A stretch of DNA of 64,000 nucleotides. Source: an uncultured Candidatus Saccharibacteria bacterium. GTDB taxonomy: Bacteria > Patescibacteriota > Minisyncoccia > Phycocordibacterales > DSPV01. The position numbers and the translations under genes are program-made. The stretch covers positions 331,589-395,588 of the forward strand of contig CAZTXT010000001.1 of NCBI GenBank assembly GCA_964617735.1. The letters are read 5' to 3'. This document shows, in pieces, positions 46,440 to 56,091 of this stretch. A model generated the notes under the pieces. The model saw nothing but the letters and a program-made list of their open reading frames with translations. It did not search any database and was not told the origin of the DNA. The first letter of the stretch is position 1. Each line of letters begins with the position of its first letter.

Positions 46440-47195
46440 TCACGCAGCGTGGGCAGCTGTCACTGCGCCCTTTTGTCGTTCATAGGCGCGTATTATGGCC
46501 TCCTTCAATTCATTCGGCTTAACCTCGTATATTTGGAAATCTTTGATATTGTCCTCCTTCAAGTGCAATTGGCCTTCTCCAACGTTCCCGCGATGCTGCC
46601 CCTTGGAATAGTATTTATTGCTCTTTACCTCATCTGAAGATAAGACCCAGTACTTGATAACGTCGCGCCAAACGGCTACCCATACAAAAACGTCACAGTG
46701 TGCCGGCTTGATTTGCTGAAAATTCATCCAAAACGAATGCTTACTTTCAAAAGAAAGGGCTTTAACGTAAAGCGCCTCTGAACTATCGCCATTGACAGCA
46801 CGGGACGCTTTAACCTCAATGCGTATCAAATTACTGCCATCATTGAGCAAAAAGTCGTAGTCACCTTTGTAATTTTGCTCAATTTTTTTCGTGGGCTTAA
46901 CTAGGTCAGGAACAAGCTCCTTTAAATGACCTTGTGCCCACTGTTCGCCAAATCCTCGTGGTGAACTTATCTCGAATATGTAAAGGTACATATTTCGAGC
47001 AATATATTCGTCTCTGATTTCGTAATAATCGTCCAGCGTTATTTTTCCAAATCCCATGAGTGACGAAATGATGTATTCGTACTCGTTAAATGGGTACACT
47101 GACACCAAGTCAGTTAAGCGTGAGCGAATAATTTCCCGCTTATCTGCCGACAGCTCGTCAATCAGCTTGTTCAGTTTTTCTTTCAGGTACTCCAT
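46440..47195 (-). CDS. PD-(D/E)xK nuclease-like protein (candidate restriction endonuclease)
   Basis: 'GDYDFLLNDGSNLIRIEVKAS' fits D...(E/D)xK. Lies immediately downstream of the MTase with a 3-nt gap. Confidence 0.45.
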   Translation of the reverse strand: MEYLKEKLNKLIDELSADKREIIRSRLTDLVSVYPFNEYEYIISSLMGFGKITLDDYYEIRDEYIARNMYLYIFEISSPRGFGEQWAQGHLKELVPDLVKPTKKIEQNYKGDYDFLLNDGSNLIRIEVKASRAVNGDSSEALYVKALSFESKHSFWMNFQQIKPAHCDVFVWVAVWRDVIKYWVLSSDEVKSNKYYSKGQHRGNVGEGQLHLKEDNIKDFQIYEVKPNELKEAIIRAYERQKGAVTAAHAA

Positions 47196-47198
47196 TGT

Positions 47199-49136
47199 TT
47201 ATTCGTATGTTAATAATTTCTCGGATGATTTAATGCCTTGCCTGACAAACTCCTGCTCACCCTTGGTTAGGTTAAACAGTTCCATTATAGAACAGTCGAG
47301 TTTATTGTGCATTTCTGCGCGTTCCTGTGCAGGGGTCTCTTTTCGCAGGAGTACTTCAAGCATTTTTGCAATTATTTTATGCTGACTTTCAGAAATAAGT
47401 GGTAGGGGCAGCTTCTCGACATCGCTTCGCAAAATCTTTATCGAGCGGAATTTCTTTTGATATACAAACTGGTAAAGAGAAGAATTAAATAATGCGAGTA
47501 CGGTCTTTATAGGATAGTTGGGAACTTTTGGAATTAAAATGTTGGCACTATTCAGAGTAAGCGTCTGCTTGTCGTCATAAGCAAAAACCAAATCCTTCGA
47601 AATGAATTTGTATATCAGTTTCTCCGCCGCTCTATATTTGCCTACGGGTGCTACCTGTTGAAATTTATCTGGCTCGAACTTAATGAAATGTTTTGGTGAA
47701 TTAAACAAGTATCGCTTTATCTCCTTACCGGTCAAAATGGCTTCGCTTCCAGCTTCTTTTTTGGGAAGAAGATACTTCTTATTATCACCAGTTACTACTC
47801 CAAGAGCCCACTCCGATTGACCTGCAAGTGAGGTGTGCTTTACGGCGAAAAACTTGTCGATGATGGCAAGTTCGTTGTTTCCGTTGAACACATCGAACGT
47901 AAAGTCAGGGTTCGACTTTAGCCGTGCTTGCAGCACTTTGTGAACAGTGCCGTTTTCCACCTCAAATTCGGAATTTTCGCTTGGCATTTTCTTGCGGACG
48001 TCCAAACGTATTACCGGTGTGAATACTTTCTTAAAAACGCGATTTAGGTGCTTTACTCTCGCGATTTCTGTCTGATGCAGTATTAAATTTCGAACATCCC
48101 TATGGATTTTTACGTGGAGGATTGCTTCGGGCAATATATAAGCCAAAACCCCACCATCCTTAAGCATGTCACGCCCCTTTGATATAAAAAGTGAAAATGC
48201 TTCGTCGGAGCTTATGTGCGGATAATTCTCCTGAATTTGTACAATCTCCGAGGGAGAGAAATGGACTCCCCATGGTGGGTTTGTCATCACAACATCAAAT
48301 TCTGGGAGCGCTTCCGAGTCAGAAAATAGAGTGTCTTTTAAAAATATATTTGGTTCGAAATCTGTGTCAGCAAATTTAATCAGAAGGTTAATACGTGCAA
48401 TTTTGACGGCAGTTTCGTCGATATCAAACCCCCACAATTGTGATGGATGTTTTACTGCGGTCGCAGCAGAAAGTAAAAATTGTCCGGTGCCACAGCATGG
48501 GTCTAAAACGATGCCAGAGGGTTGGACATATTCCTGCACGATATCTTCTACGACCCAGCGTGGAGTATAGTAAGACCCGCCTTGTGCCTTTTTTCCTTCC
48601 AACGAAAGAGATTGGTAAATGAGTCCGAGAAAATCACCGGTCTTTGGCAACTTATATTTGAGCAAGTCAGAATATTCAGTTTCAGAAAAAGTATTTTTTG
48701 TCCGCTCTTTCCACCAATTCAGTTCTTGCTTTAAACTTTTGCTTTTGAGCCCAGCTGCTTTAACTGCATTGAATACAAGTGCATAAAGCAGCGCATGTTT
48801 ATCTAATTCTCGGGAATGAAATTCATCCAGTACGTACTGAACAAAATGCAACATTTCCTCGCTGTCCGCGTATTCTTCGGGGATAAACATGCCTTGAGCA
48901 TGCTTTTTGTTCGCTCGCTTATTAAGTCGACCGAGTTCGCCATTGGCTATCTTTTCCTTCAGGTCTCGAACTTGTTGGTAGTCGAATAAAACCTTTCTTC
49001 CTTGGGTTGTCGGGACAAGATAATCGTGCCTTATCCAATTACGAACAGTGGCCGAAGAAACGCCTAAAAGCGACACTGCTTCTTTAAGGTCTATTTCTCT
49101 TTGTGGCGCACTTTGCATGTAACCATTGTAATACAA
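47199..49136 (-). CDS. N6-adenine DNA methyltransferase (gamma class) with N-terminal HTH_17/MerR-like domain
   Basis: Motif I 'VLDPCCGTGQFLLSA' precedes motif IV 'VVMTNPPWG'. N-terminal 'LKEAVSLLGVSSATVRNWIRHDYLVP'. Confidence 0.8.
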   Translation of the reverse strand: MYYNGYMQSAPQREIDLKEAVSLLGVSSATVRNWIRHDYLVPTTQGRKVLFDYQQVRDLKEKIANGELGRLNKRANKKHAQGMFIPEEYADSEEMLHFVQYVLDEFHSRELDKHALLYALVFNAVKAAGLKSKSLKQELNWWKERTKNTFSETEYSDLLKYKLPKTGDFLGLIYQSLSLEGKKAQGGSYYTPRWVVEDIVQEYVQPSGIVLDPCCGTGQFLLSAATAVKHPSQLWGFDIDETAVKIARINLLIKFADTDFEPNIFLKDTLFSDSEALPEFDVVMTNPPWGVHFSPSEIVQIQENYPHISSDEAFSLFISKGRDMLKDGGVLAYILPEAILHVKIHRDVRNLILHQTEIARVKHLNRVFKKVFTPVIRLDVRKKMPSENSEFEVENGTVHKVLQARLKSNPDFTFDVFNGNNELAIIDKFFAVKHTSLAGQSEWALGVVTGDNKKYLLPKKEAGSEAILTGKEIKRYLFNSPKHFIKFEPDKFQQVAPVGKYRAAEKLIYKFISKDLVFAYDDKQTLTLNSANILIPKVPNYPIKTVLALFNSSLYQFVYQKKFRSIKILRSDVEKLPLPLISESQHKIIAKMLEVLLRKETPAQERAEMHNKLDCSIMELFNLTKGEQEFVRQGIKSSEKLLTYE

Positions 49137-49145
49137 CGCCTAAAT

Positions 49146-49598
49146 TCATGCCTTTTGTTTACGACCCCAGACAAGCTTTTGACGCAGTTTTTCTTCAAAT
49201 TCATCCACAAGGGCTTGAACTTCAGGACTAGGTGAAGGGTCGCTATGGGCGTCTCGACTTGTAATCTCTACTTTTTGCCGTACCCCAAATTCATATGGTC
49301 TTTTACGCTCAAGATACCGAAATGCGTATACCGGATTATCAAGATTTTGTACCATTGTTTGCCGAGCTTTTAATATTGGCTGCGTTCGTATGGCTTCAAA
49401 CCTCTCCAAAAGGTCTCTATTTTGACTTATCCAGTGATAGTAGGTTGAAGGGGAGATGTTGGCATAAAAACAAGCTTCTTCGACTGTTGCGTCGAGCGCA
49501 AATGCTTGTTCGAGCTTTTGTATGGTTTCGGGTTTGAACTTACTCACTGCTCGCGAGATTCGCTGTCTTCGAAGCTGTTCGTTAGATGGCCTAGTCAT
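49146..49598 (-). CDS. Terminase small subunit-like HTH protein
   Basis: 'KFKPETIQKLEQAFALDATVEEACFYANISPSTYYHWISQNRDLLERFEAIR' resembles the Terminase_2 (TerS) N-terminal HTH pattern. Confidence 0.45.
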   Translation of the reverse strand: MTRPSNEQLRRQRISRAVSKFKPETIQKLEQAFALDATVEEACFYANISPSTYYHWISQNRDLLERFEAIRTQPILKARQTMVQNLDNPVYAFRYLERKRPYEFGVRQKVEITSRDAHSDPSPSPEVQALVDEFEEKLRQKLVWGRKQKA

Positions 49599-50160
49599 AG
49601 TGTTCTATTACACAATGGTGAGAATCTTTAATCGAAAAAAGTCGACTTTACGCGGGCGATAAGTTCAACGCGTTGGTGGTTTCAAACACGCGGTTCCAAG
49701 AAATTATCATGCTTTCCATAGTGTTCCATTGGAAGTACACTGGGCTCAAAAAGCGTCAGAAATCGCAAAGCAATTTGCGATTTTAGCTTTTGACGGGCGC
49801 AGTGATGTTTCGTTAGCAAACGAAACCACGAGCCGGGGTCGCGAAATTTCCGAGCGACGGCGAGGAAATATTCGTGACCATATATAATCTGTAAAAAATT
49901 ACCCAACCGAGGTTGGGTAATTGACTGGCTGTGTCAGTGCCGCAGCCGAGCTTTTTGTTTACGCTCAATCAGTTTGGTCGCCGTTGCAACGAGCCAGGCG
50001 TAGCAGTAAACGAACAGTAGCATACCGGCGTCTATCACGGAATGTCGGCGCATCTTCATAGAACCTCCGTTGATATTCTAGTCTCTGGAATTCTTTTTTC
50101 AAGAAGCCCCCTGATGATGCAGAGACTGTATGCATCGGTCCTAGATACTCTTCTATCCGA

Positions 50161-51120
50161 TTATTTCGCGTGCAGATATAGGTAAATATCCTCCAATGCT
50201 TTGACCGCGTCCCCAGCGGCGATGTTGTTCTGGTGGTAGAGACCATCGGTTGAATCGCCAGCGGCCCAGACGCCTGCCACAGAAGTGCGTTGGGTTCGAG
50301 GGTCTACGATGATATGTGCCCACTGATCTAGCTTCACGAGGTTTTTGACGAAATCAGTCGAGGGGATAAGGCCGATCTCGACAAAGATGCCATCCATCGG
50401 CATTTCTTTCGTCTCGCCGGTCTTAGTGTTCTCATAGACGATCGATGAGACGAATTTTTCGCCTTTGACCTCCGCGACTCGAGCATTCTTGAACAGCTTG
50501 AATTTCGGGTTGGCAGAGACTTTCTGTACGGTTATCTCATCAGCGCGGAAATTCTCGCCGCGAATGAACATCGTCACGCTTTTGCAATAGGCGAGAAGTT
50601 GAGCAGCACTCTCGAATGCGGAGTTGCCACCGCCGACGACGAGGACGTCTTTGTCGCTGAAGAGTGGTCCGTCGCAGGAGGCACAATAGGTCAGCCCCTT
50701 ATTTTCGAACGCAACTGCATTTTTCGCATCTAACTTGCGGCGGGTTGAGCCCGTCGCGATGAGCACGGTTTTTGCGCTGAAATCTCCATCGGAAGTCTTT
50801 ATAGAGAACCCATCTTTCGCTTTTTCAACCGATTCTACCCAGAGGCCGTCTTTGATATCAACAGCGCCTTTCGCGTATGCCTCAAGGTGGTTTTTGAAGT
50901 TAGCGGCGAGCTCTACACCTGGAATGGAGACTGTTCCTATCCAGTTCTGTACGTCCAAAGACTCGGTGCTCTGCCCGCCAAAATCTTTGGTGAGAAAAAC
51001 GGTTTTCAGGCGCTTGCGCGCGGCGTACACCCCCGCCGCAACGCCTGCCGGACCGCCGCCGATGATCGCAAGATCATAAAACATAGCGTATAGCGTACAG
51101 CGAATGTCAGTGGGGGGCAA
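50161..51120 (-). CDS. trxB: Thioredoxin-disulfide reductase
   Basis: 'DLAIIGGGPAGVAAGVYAAR' FAD motif and the 'CASCDG' redox-active CxxC. Confidence 0.9.
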   Translation of the reverse strand: MPPTDIRCTLYAMFYDLAIIGGGPAGVAAGVYAARKRLKTVFLTKDFGGQSTESLDVQNWIGTVSIPGVELAANFKNHLEAYAKGAVDIKDGLWVESVEKAKDGFSIKTSDGDFSAKTVLIATGSTRRKLDAKNAVAFENKGLTYCASCDGPLFSDKDVLVVGGGNSAFESAAQLLAYCKSVTMFIRGENFRADEITVQKVSANPKFKLFKNARVAEVKGEKFVSSIVYENTKTGETKEMPMDGIFVEIGLIPSTDFVKNLVKLDQWAHIIVDPRTQRTSVAGVWAAGDSTDGLYHQNNIAAGDAVKALEDIYLYLHAK

Positions 51121-51183
51121 GGGATTTGACCCCCGTTCACTGCTTATGTAGAGTGATACTGAACCTCAACAGAAAGGAACGAT

Positions 51184-51354
51184 ATGTGGGTGTTCATTGC
51201 CATGAGTGCGTTTCTCGCGGGATTGGTGTTAGGACGCGCAAGTAAGGAGCCTGATAAAAATATTGGCCCCTGTCCGAACTGTGGTACCGCGATGAACTTG
51301 GAAGAGCGGAAATGCGGATCGTGCGGTAATATTCTGCACGCGCATGAACCGTAA
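51184..51354 (+). CDS. 56-aa membrane-anchored zinc-ribbon micro-protein (hypothetical)
   Basis: AAAGGAA Shine-Dalgarno sequence, ORF 'MWVFIAMSAFLAGLVLGRASKEPDKNIGPCPNCGTAMNLEERKCGSCGNILHAHEP'. Confidence 0.35.
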   Translation: MWVFIAMSAFLAGLVLGRASKEPDKNIGPCPNCGTAMNLEERKCGSCGNILHAHEP

Positions 51355-51426
51355 TTCACTGTCCCCATCGAAAAGGCCGAAAGCGGAATCCGCGAGTAGG
51401 TCTTTTTCTTTCAAACTCTAACCGAG

Positions 51427-51548
51427 AAAGTTATTTTGAAAGACGGCGAGGAGGCGAGCGGGCATGGTTTTTGCGAAGCAAAAGAGCAAGCCGAGCGGAT
51501 AAGGAAAAACTGCCCGCTGGGGCAGTTTTTCCGGTCTTTCAAAATAAT
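51427..51548 (-). repeat. 122-bp structured inverted-repeat element with embedded intrinsic terminator (copy 2, inverted relative to copy 1)
   Basis: 'gttattttgaaagacggcgaggaggc...ggaaaaactgcccgctggggcagtttttccggtctttcaaaataa'. Same architecture as 21273-21401 with compensatory stem changes. Lies 15 nt past the ftsZ stop. Confidence 0.75.
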
Positions 51549-51562
51549 CTTTTGAGCGGCCT

Positions 51563-52726
51563 TTATTTTTTGCGCCGCAAGAAAGCGGGAACTGCTCCCC
51601 AGTCATCCTCATCTTCACCTGCGCCTCCGGGAGCTGGTACTTTGAGCTCTTTTTTGTCTTCCATCTTCGTTTCTTCTTTTTCCCGCGAAGATGCGCCCGT
51701 CAATGCGTTGAAAATACTGCCGCCCTTGCGTTCCGGTACGGCTTCGCTGAATAGTTTTCGGTGTCCGACGTTTTCAGGGAAACCCGAAGCGATAACGGTG
51801 ATCTTGATCTCGTCTTTCTTCAGCCGGTCGTCGCGGACCGTGCCGAAGATGACCTTAGCTTCCGGATCAACCGATTCAGTGATGACCTTCGCTGCGTCTT
51901 GTATTTCAAACATAGTGAGATCGTCGCCGCCGGCAATGGAGAAGAGCACGCCCTTCGCACCCTGAATGGAGAGGTCGAGGAGAGGAGAATTGATGGCGGT
52001 TTTGGCGGCTTCTTCCGCGCGCTTCTCTCCCGATGCGCTGCCGATGCCCATCAGTGCCGAGCCCGCATTCTGGAGGATGGATTTGATGTCCGCGAAGTCG
52101 GTATTGATGATGCCCGGGATGGTGATGAGGTCGGAGATGCCTTCGACTGCTTGTTTAAGTACGTCATCACACATGGCGAACGCGGTCTTCGCCGTCGTTT
52201 CTTTGCTGACGTTGGCGAGCAAGCGGTCGTTGGGGATGACGACGGTCGCATCGACGGCCTTGCGCAGTTCGTTGAGGCCCTGTTCCGCGAATCGAGAGCG
52301 CTGCTGGCCTTCGAATGCGAATGGTTTGGTGACAACCGCTACAGTCAACGCGCCGAGTTCCTTGGCGATCTTCGCGACGATCGGTGCCGCGCCCGTGCAG
52401 GTGCCGCCGCCCATTCCGCCGGCGATGAATATCATATCGGCTCCCTTGATGGCTTCCTGGATCTCTTCGCGATTTTCCTCGACCGAGCGTTTGCCGAGCT
52501 CCGGGTCCATGCCCGTGCCGAGACCGTGGGTCAAATTCTTTCCGATGTGGATCTTTTTCTTGGGAAGGGAGTTTTGAAGATCTTGCGCGTCGGTGTTTAT
52601 GGCGATGAATTCAACGCCGCGGACCTTCGAATTTATCATATGGTTGACCGCGTTCTTGCCGGACCCGCCGATACCTAAGACTTTGATCCGTGCGAACGCT
52701 TCTACCTCTGGTTTGATTTGTGGCAT
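51563..52726 (-). CDS. ftsZ: Cell division GTPase FtsZ
   Basis: 'GIGGSGKNAVNHM' tubulin signature and an acidic/K-rich C-terminal tail. Confidence 0.95.
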   Translation of the reverse strand: MPQIKPEVEAFARIKVLGIGGSGKNAVNHMINSKVRGVEFIAINTDAQDLQNSLPKKKIHIGKNLTHGLGTGMDPELGKRSVEENREEIQEAIKGADMIFIAGGMGGGTCTGAAPIVAKIAKELGALTVAVVTKPFAFEGQQRSRFAEQGLNELRKAVDATVVIPNDRLLANVSKETTAKTAFAMCDDVLKQAVEGISDLITIPGIINTDFADIKSILQNAGSALMGIGSASGEKRAEEAAKTAINSPLLDLSIQGAKGVLFSIAGGDDLTMFEIQDAAKVITESVDPEAKVIFGTVRDDRLKKDEIKITVIASGFPENVGHRKLFSEAVPERKGGSIFNALTGASSREKEETKMEDKKELKVPAPGGAGEDEDDWGAVPAFLRRKK

Positions 52727-52916
52727 ACGTGAGATACACCTCGGCTAATCATATCAGCCAAAGCGCAGTTTTAGTGTTAAGACTGGCGCTACTTTGATAT
52801 TTGCCCGTATCATACTGGAACCAGTCAAAAAGAAAAGGGTTGCGCCCTTTTGAGTATGTGTCGTAGTTTATGTTCAACGAAATGCCGTTCTTCGGGGGAA
52901 ACACCGGAGGGTAACG

Positions 52917-54107
52917 TTAGGGCAAGAGCTGACGCAGAAGGTTTTTGAGCGTACCGCGGGCTTTATGCGCGAGCCCGACGCCGAGCGTCTGCTCCTCATC
53001 TTCCTGTGAAAGTCCGATCCGGCAGAGCCCGTAGGCAACGGACCATGATGCGTCCTTGATGGGCTCGCGCATGCCGCCGCTCCAATTCATTGACGCGATG
53101 CGCGAGGGAAGATTGAGGGAGGATCTCGCGAGCTCTTCGAGCGCAGAAATTCCCGAGCCACCGCCGGTGAGAATGATCCCCGCCGGTAGCAGTCCGCTCC
53201 GTCCGATCTTTTTTAAATGCGCTTCGATAAGATCGAGAATGTCCGAGAGGCGCGCTTCGATAATGTCGTCGAGTTTTTTCTTCGGATACGTCGCGCCAGT
53301 GATCGCTCCCAATTTTACACGCTCCGCCTCTTCAAGCGGGATCTTGAGACCCAGTGCGATATCGTTCGTGATATCGTTGGAGCCGATCGGGAACGTTTCG
53401 AGCGAGATAGGGATGTTGTTTTCGAATACGACGATGGAGACCGTTTCTGCGCCGATGTTGGCGAGGACCGAGCCCGCGATCTTTTGGCTCTTAGTGAGTG
53501 TGACGAGACTGGCCGCCAATGGCGCTGCGATCACCTGTGGCACTTCAACACCTGCGTCCTCGACCGCTTGTATGAGGTCTTGGAGATGATTTTCGATGGC
53601 GGTAACGAAGAGTACTTTCGCTTCGAGTTTGTTGCCTTTCATGCCGGTCGGTTTGTTGCCAAGAACTGGTTTTCCATCAACGCGATACTGGATGGGAATC
53701 GTGTGGATGACTCGACGATTGACCGACAGCGATGCCGGTATCGCGGCGCGACTTGCGTCGATTGCTTTATCAACGTCGAGGTCGCTGATCTCGGAGTCTG
53801 CCCGCGACACCGCGACCGTGCCGGTCGAAGTCATGGATGAAAGGCCGATGCCGCCAACGGAGAGATAGGCGCTTTTAATGCGAAACCCCGATGTTTTCTC
53901 GGCCTGCGCGACAGCGGCTTGGATTGCCTTGGTGACGTCGGTTTGATTGATGATATAGCCGTGGCGAAGGCCTTTGGATTCGGCGAATCCAGTCCCCGTG
54001 ACGCGGGGTGCTATGCGCTCACCGACGTGCGCGTTCTCGGCGGCCATGACCTTTACCTGGTATGTGCCGATGTCTATTCCTGCGGATATCTTTTTTGCCA
54101 TGGACAA
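52917..54107 (-). CDS. ftsA: Cell division protein FtsA
   Basis: 'MAKKISAGIDIGTYQVKV' actin-fold N-terminus, upstream of ftsZ. Confidence 0.9.
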   Translation of the reverse strand: MSMAKKISAGIDIGTYQVKVMAAENAHVGERIAPRVTGTGFAESKGLRHGYIINQTDVTKAIQAAVAQAEKTSGFRIKSAYLSVGGIGLSSMTSTGTVAVSRADSEISDLDVDKAIDASRAAIPASLSVNRRVIHTIPIQYRVDGKPVLGNKPTGMKGNKLEAKVLFVTAIENHLQDLIQAVEDAGVEVPQVIAAPLAASLVTLTKSQKIAGSVLANIGAETVSIVVFENNIPISLETFPIGSNDITNDIALGLKIPLEEAERVKLGAITGATYPKKKLDDIIEARLSDILDLIEAHLKKIGRSGLLPAGIILTGGGSGISALEELARSSLNLPSRIASMNWSGGMREPIKDASWSVAYGLCRIGLSQEDEEQTLGVGLAHKARGTLKNLLRQLLP

Positions 54108-54519
54108 AATAGGGAGACTTCGTTTTTTCCAGAAACTGCGAGCAAAACTCGTTCTCCTTTTGCTCCATTGTACTACCGTGGTGGTATCCCTTCAAATGCA
54201 AGAGACCGTGGATAAATAGGTATCCGATAAAATCTTTCTTCGAGCGGCCGAAACCCGCCGCTTGCCGGTTCGCGTACCGGGAACAGATGACGATCTGCCC
54301 CTCGCGCCTTGCGAGCGGGAAGGCCAGCACGTTTGCCGGCTTGTTCTTTCCGCGGTAGATGCGGTTTAAGTTCCGTGATTGCGTCTCGTTGACGAATATC
54401 AGTTCGAGCGAGAAGCTTTTCCCCAACACGGCGTTTTTCGTGGGCTCAAAAGGCAACCCCGCTTCGGCGGGGTTGGTTGCAGTGAGGTGTACGATCGAGA
54501 ATCTTTTTTCCGTCCGCAT
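54019..54519 (-). CDS. ybeY: rRNA maturation endoribonuclease YbeY
   Basis: 'HGLLHLKGYHH' H3xH5xH zinc motif. The 3' end overlaps the ftsA start by about 88 nt in another frame. Confidence 0.7.
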   Translation of the reverse strand: MRTEKRFSIVHLTATNPAEAGLPFEPTKNAVLGKSFSLELIFVNETQSRNLNRIYRGKNKPANVLAFPLARREGQIVICSRYANRQAAGFGRSKKDFIGYLFIHGLLHLKGYHHGSTMEQKENEFCSQFLEKTKSPYFVHGKKDIRRNRHRHIPGKGHGRRERARR

Positions 54520-54530
54520 TCTCCGTGAGG

Positions 54531-54776
54531 CTAGTTCGAGCGGCCGCTCATCCTATCCGGTAATTTCCCGAGCTTAACGAGCGTCAGTACTTCATGCCGC
54601 CGCGCGAGGGAATTGAGCGCGCGCTTTTTGCGCGTGAGACGCGATCTATTGCGTTCTTTGTATCGGTTGCCGCGGACTACTTTGACCATGCCCGCTCCCT
54701 GGACGCGCTTGTTGAAGCGTCGCAGAAGCGAGAGCGAGTTTTCGTTGCTATTCCGTTCGACTTGGACGTTTATCAT
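54531..54776 (-). CDS. rpsU: 30S ribosomal protein S21
   Basis: 'MINVQVERNSNENSLSLLRRFNKRVQGAGMVKVVRGNRYKERNRSRLTRKKR' bS21 pattern. Confidence 0.75.
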   Translation of the reverse strand: MINVQVERNSNENSLSLLRRFNKRVQGAGMVKVVRGNRYKERNRSRLTRKKRALNSLARRHEVLTLVKLGKLPDRMSGRSN

Positions 54777-54835
54777 GTGAGCGCAAAATATAACACAGCC
54801 GTTTGCGTTTTGCAAAGTGGCCCTAGGAACCTGCC

Positions 54836-56089
54836 TTATTTGAGCTTCTTTAAATAGTCTGCGAGCCCTACGATCGGGACGATTTCCTGGAATCGCGTCA
54901 TCATATCCCGGACGATCACGCTCCCTTCAAGCGCCTCTTTTTGTCCCATGATGAGCACATAGGGGATCTTGAGATTTTCGGCAGTCTGTATCTGGCTCGT
55001 GAGCTTGTCTTTCGCGAGTGCCTGGTAGAGCGGGATCTTCGCGTGCCGCAAGACTTCGATGACCTGCAAACTTTTAAGCTTGGCTTCAAAACCGAGCTGA
55101 ATGAAATAAACTTTCGGTTTCTTAGGCATGCGGCACTTTTTCTGCTTGCTCGCACTGCGCTTGAACAAAAGTGTTACGCCTATCGCAGGAATCTCCCGCT
55201 TCATATCCAATTTCTTCGCGAGTCCGTTGTAGCGGTATCCGAGGGCCAGTGTCTCTTCGGGCGCCTCGGCCGAACCGGAGGCGTTGAGGGTTTTTATGAG
55301 AAAGATCGTATGCGAACAGATGCGGCGATTGCCGAGCACATGGTTGTCTATCTTGTACGGGATATTCATGGACTCGAGATATTCGAGCACTTCCTTGAAG
55401 TGCAGGCGGCTCAATTCGGTGAGCGTCGCGATGGATTTAGGCGCCGATTCGGTGACCTCGCGACACTTTTTATTGTCGCATTCGAGCGGTGCGAACAAGT
55501 CTTTTTTCATTTGTGCGCGGCAGTGAGCCAAGTCCTGCATGTGGGAGCGGTAATACTGATTGAGCTCGCGGACGAAGTATGCGGCCGAGTCCTTATCCCC
55601 GATGCTATTGAGGTCTACATAGAGATCTTCGAACCCTTCATCTTTCAAGATCTCGATGGAGGTTTTGATGAGCTCAGCTTCTGCAATGCTTTTGGCAGTT
55701 CCTACGATGTCGAGATTGATCCGTCGCAGAGAATTGTGCGTTGCGCGCTCTCCGTCGCGCAGCGGCGCCCCTTCGGAATAGAGCAACGCTGGCTGGGAGG
55801 GATTGAGTAGTCTTTTCTCCTCGGTATAGCGCAGAAGCGCGATCTTTTCTTCGGCGGAGATACGCAAGGGGCATTCCGTTGAACCGTAATTCTTGTCATG
55901 GTGTTCGTATTCGAGCACATGCTTCGCTTTGGAAATATCGTCCTTGCTTATCGGAGGCGTTTTGATGGGCATGAAGCCGTAATAGTAGGCGATCTCGGCG
56001 GAACGCTGTAGTTGGGTGAACGGCAAAAAGGGAGAACGCTCGTCCGATGACGCGCTCCGGCTGACGGGTTTTGCGGGTGCGACCGGCAT
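54836..56089 (-). CDS. Histidyl-tRNA synthetase-like class II protein (HisS/HisZ family, divergent)
   Basis: Class II core with 'GYRYNGL' (motif-3/HisA-like) and a C-terminal anticodon-binding-like domain 'VYFIQLG...IPYVLIMGQKE'. Confidence 0.5.
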   Translation of the reverse strand: MPVAPAKPVSRSASSDERSPFLPFTQLQRSAEIAYYYGFMPIKTPPISKDDISKAKHVLEYEHHDKNYGSTECPLRISAEEKIALLRYTEEKRLLNPSQPALLYSEGAPLRDGERATHNSLRRINLDIVGTAKSIAEAELIKTSIEILKDEGFEDLYVDLNSIGDKDSAAYFVRELNQYYRSHMQDLAHCRAQMKKDLFAPLECDNKKCREVTESAPKSIATLTELSRLHFKEVLEYLESMNIPYKIDNHVLGNRRICSHTIFLIKTLNASGSAEAPEETLALGYRYNGLAKKLDMKREIPAIGVTLLFKRSASKQKKCRMPKKPKVYFIQLGFEAKLKSLQVIEVLRHAKIPLYQALAKDKLTSQIQTAENLKIPYVLIMGQKEALEGSVIVRDMMTRFQEIVPIVGLADYLKKLK

Positions 56090-56091
56090 GA

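Larger units (their letters stand above)
44383..49650. mobile_element. tRNA-Glu-associated integrative element (serine recombinase, putative Type II R-M, TerS-like HTH), lower GC. Right boundary uncertain
   Basis: Recombinase reads antisense through tRNA-Glu. The junction 'caccagttggg' matches the tRNA-Phe element. All genes lie on the minus strand, AT-rich relative to the core. Confidence 0.5.

Noticed and set aside
51761-52678. 305-aa and 203-aa plus-strand ORFs
   Set aside because: They are antisense to ftsZ, an artefact of a GC-rich coding region.
54941-55810. 289-aa plus-strand ORF
   Set aside because: It is antisense to the HisRS-like gene. No motifs.
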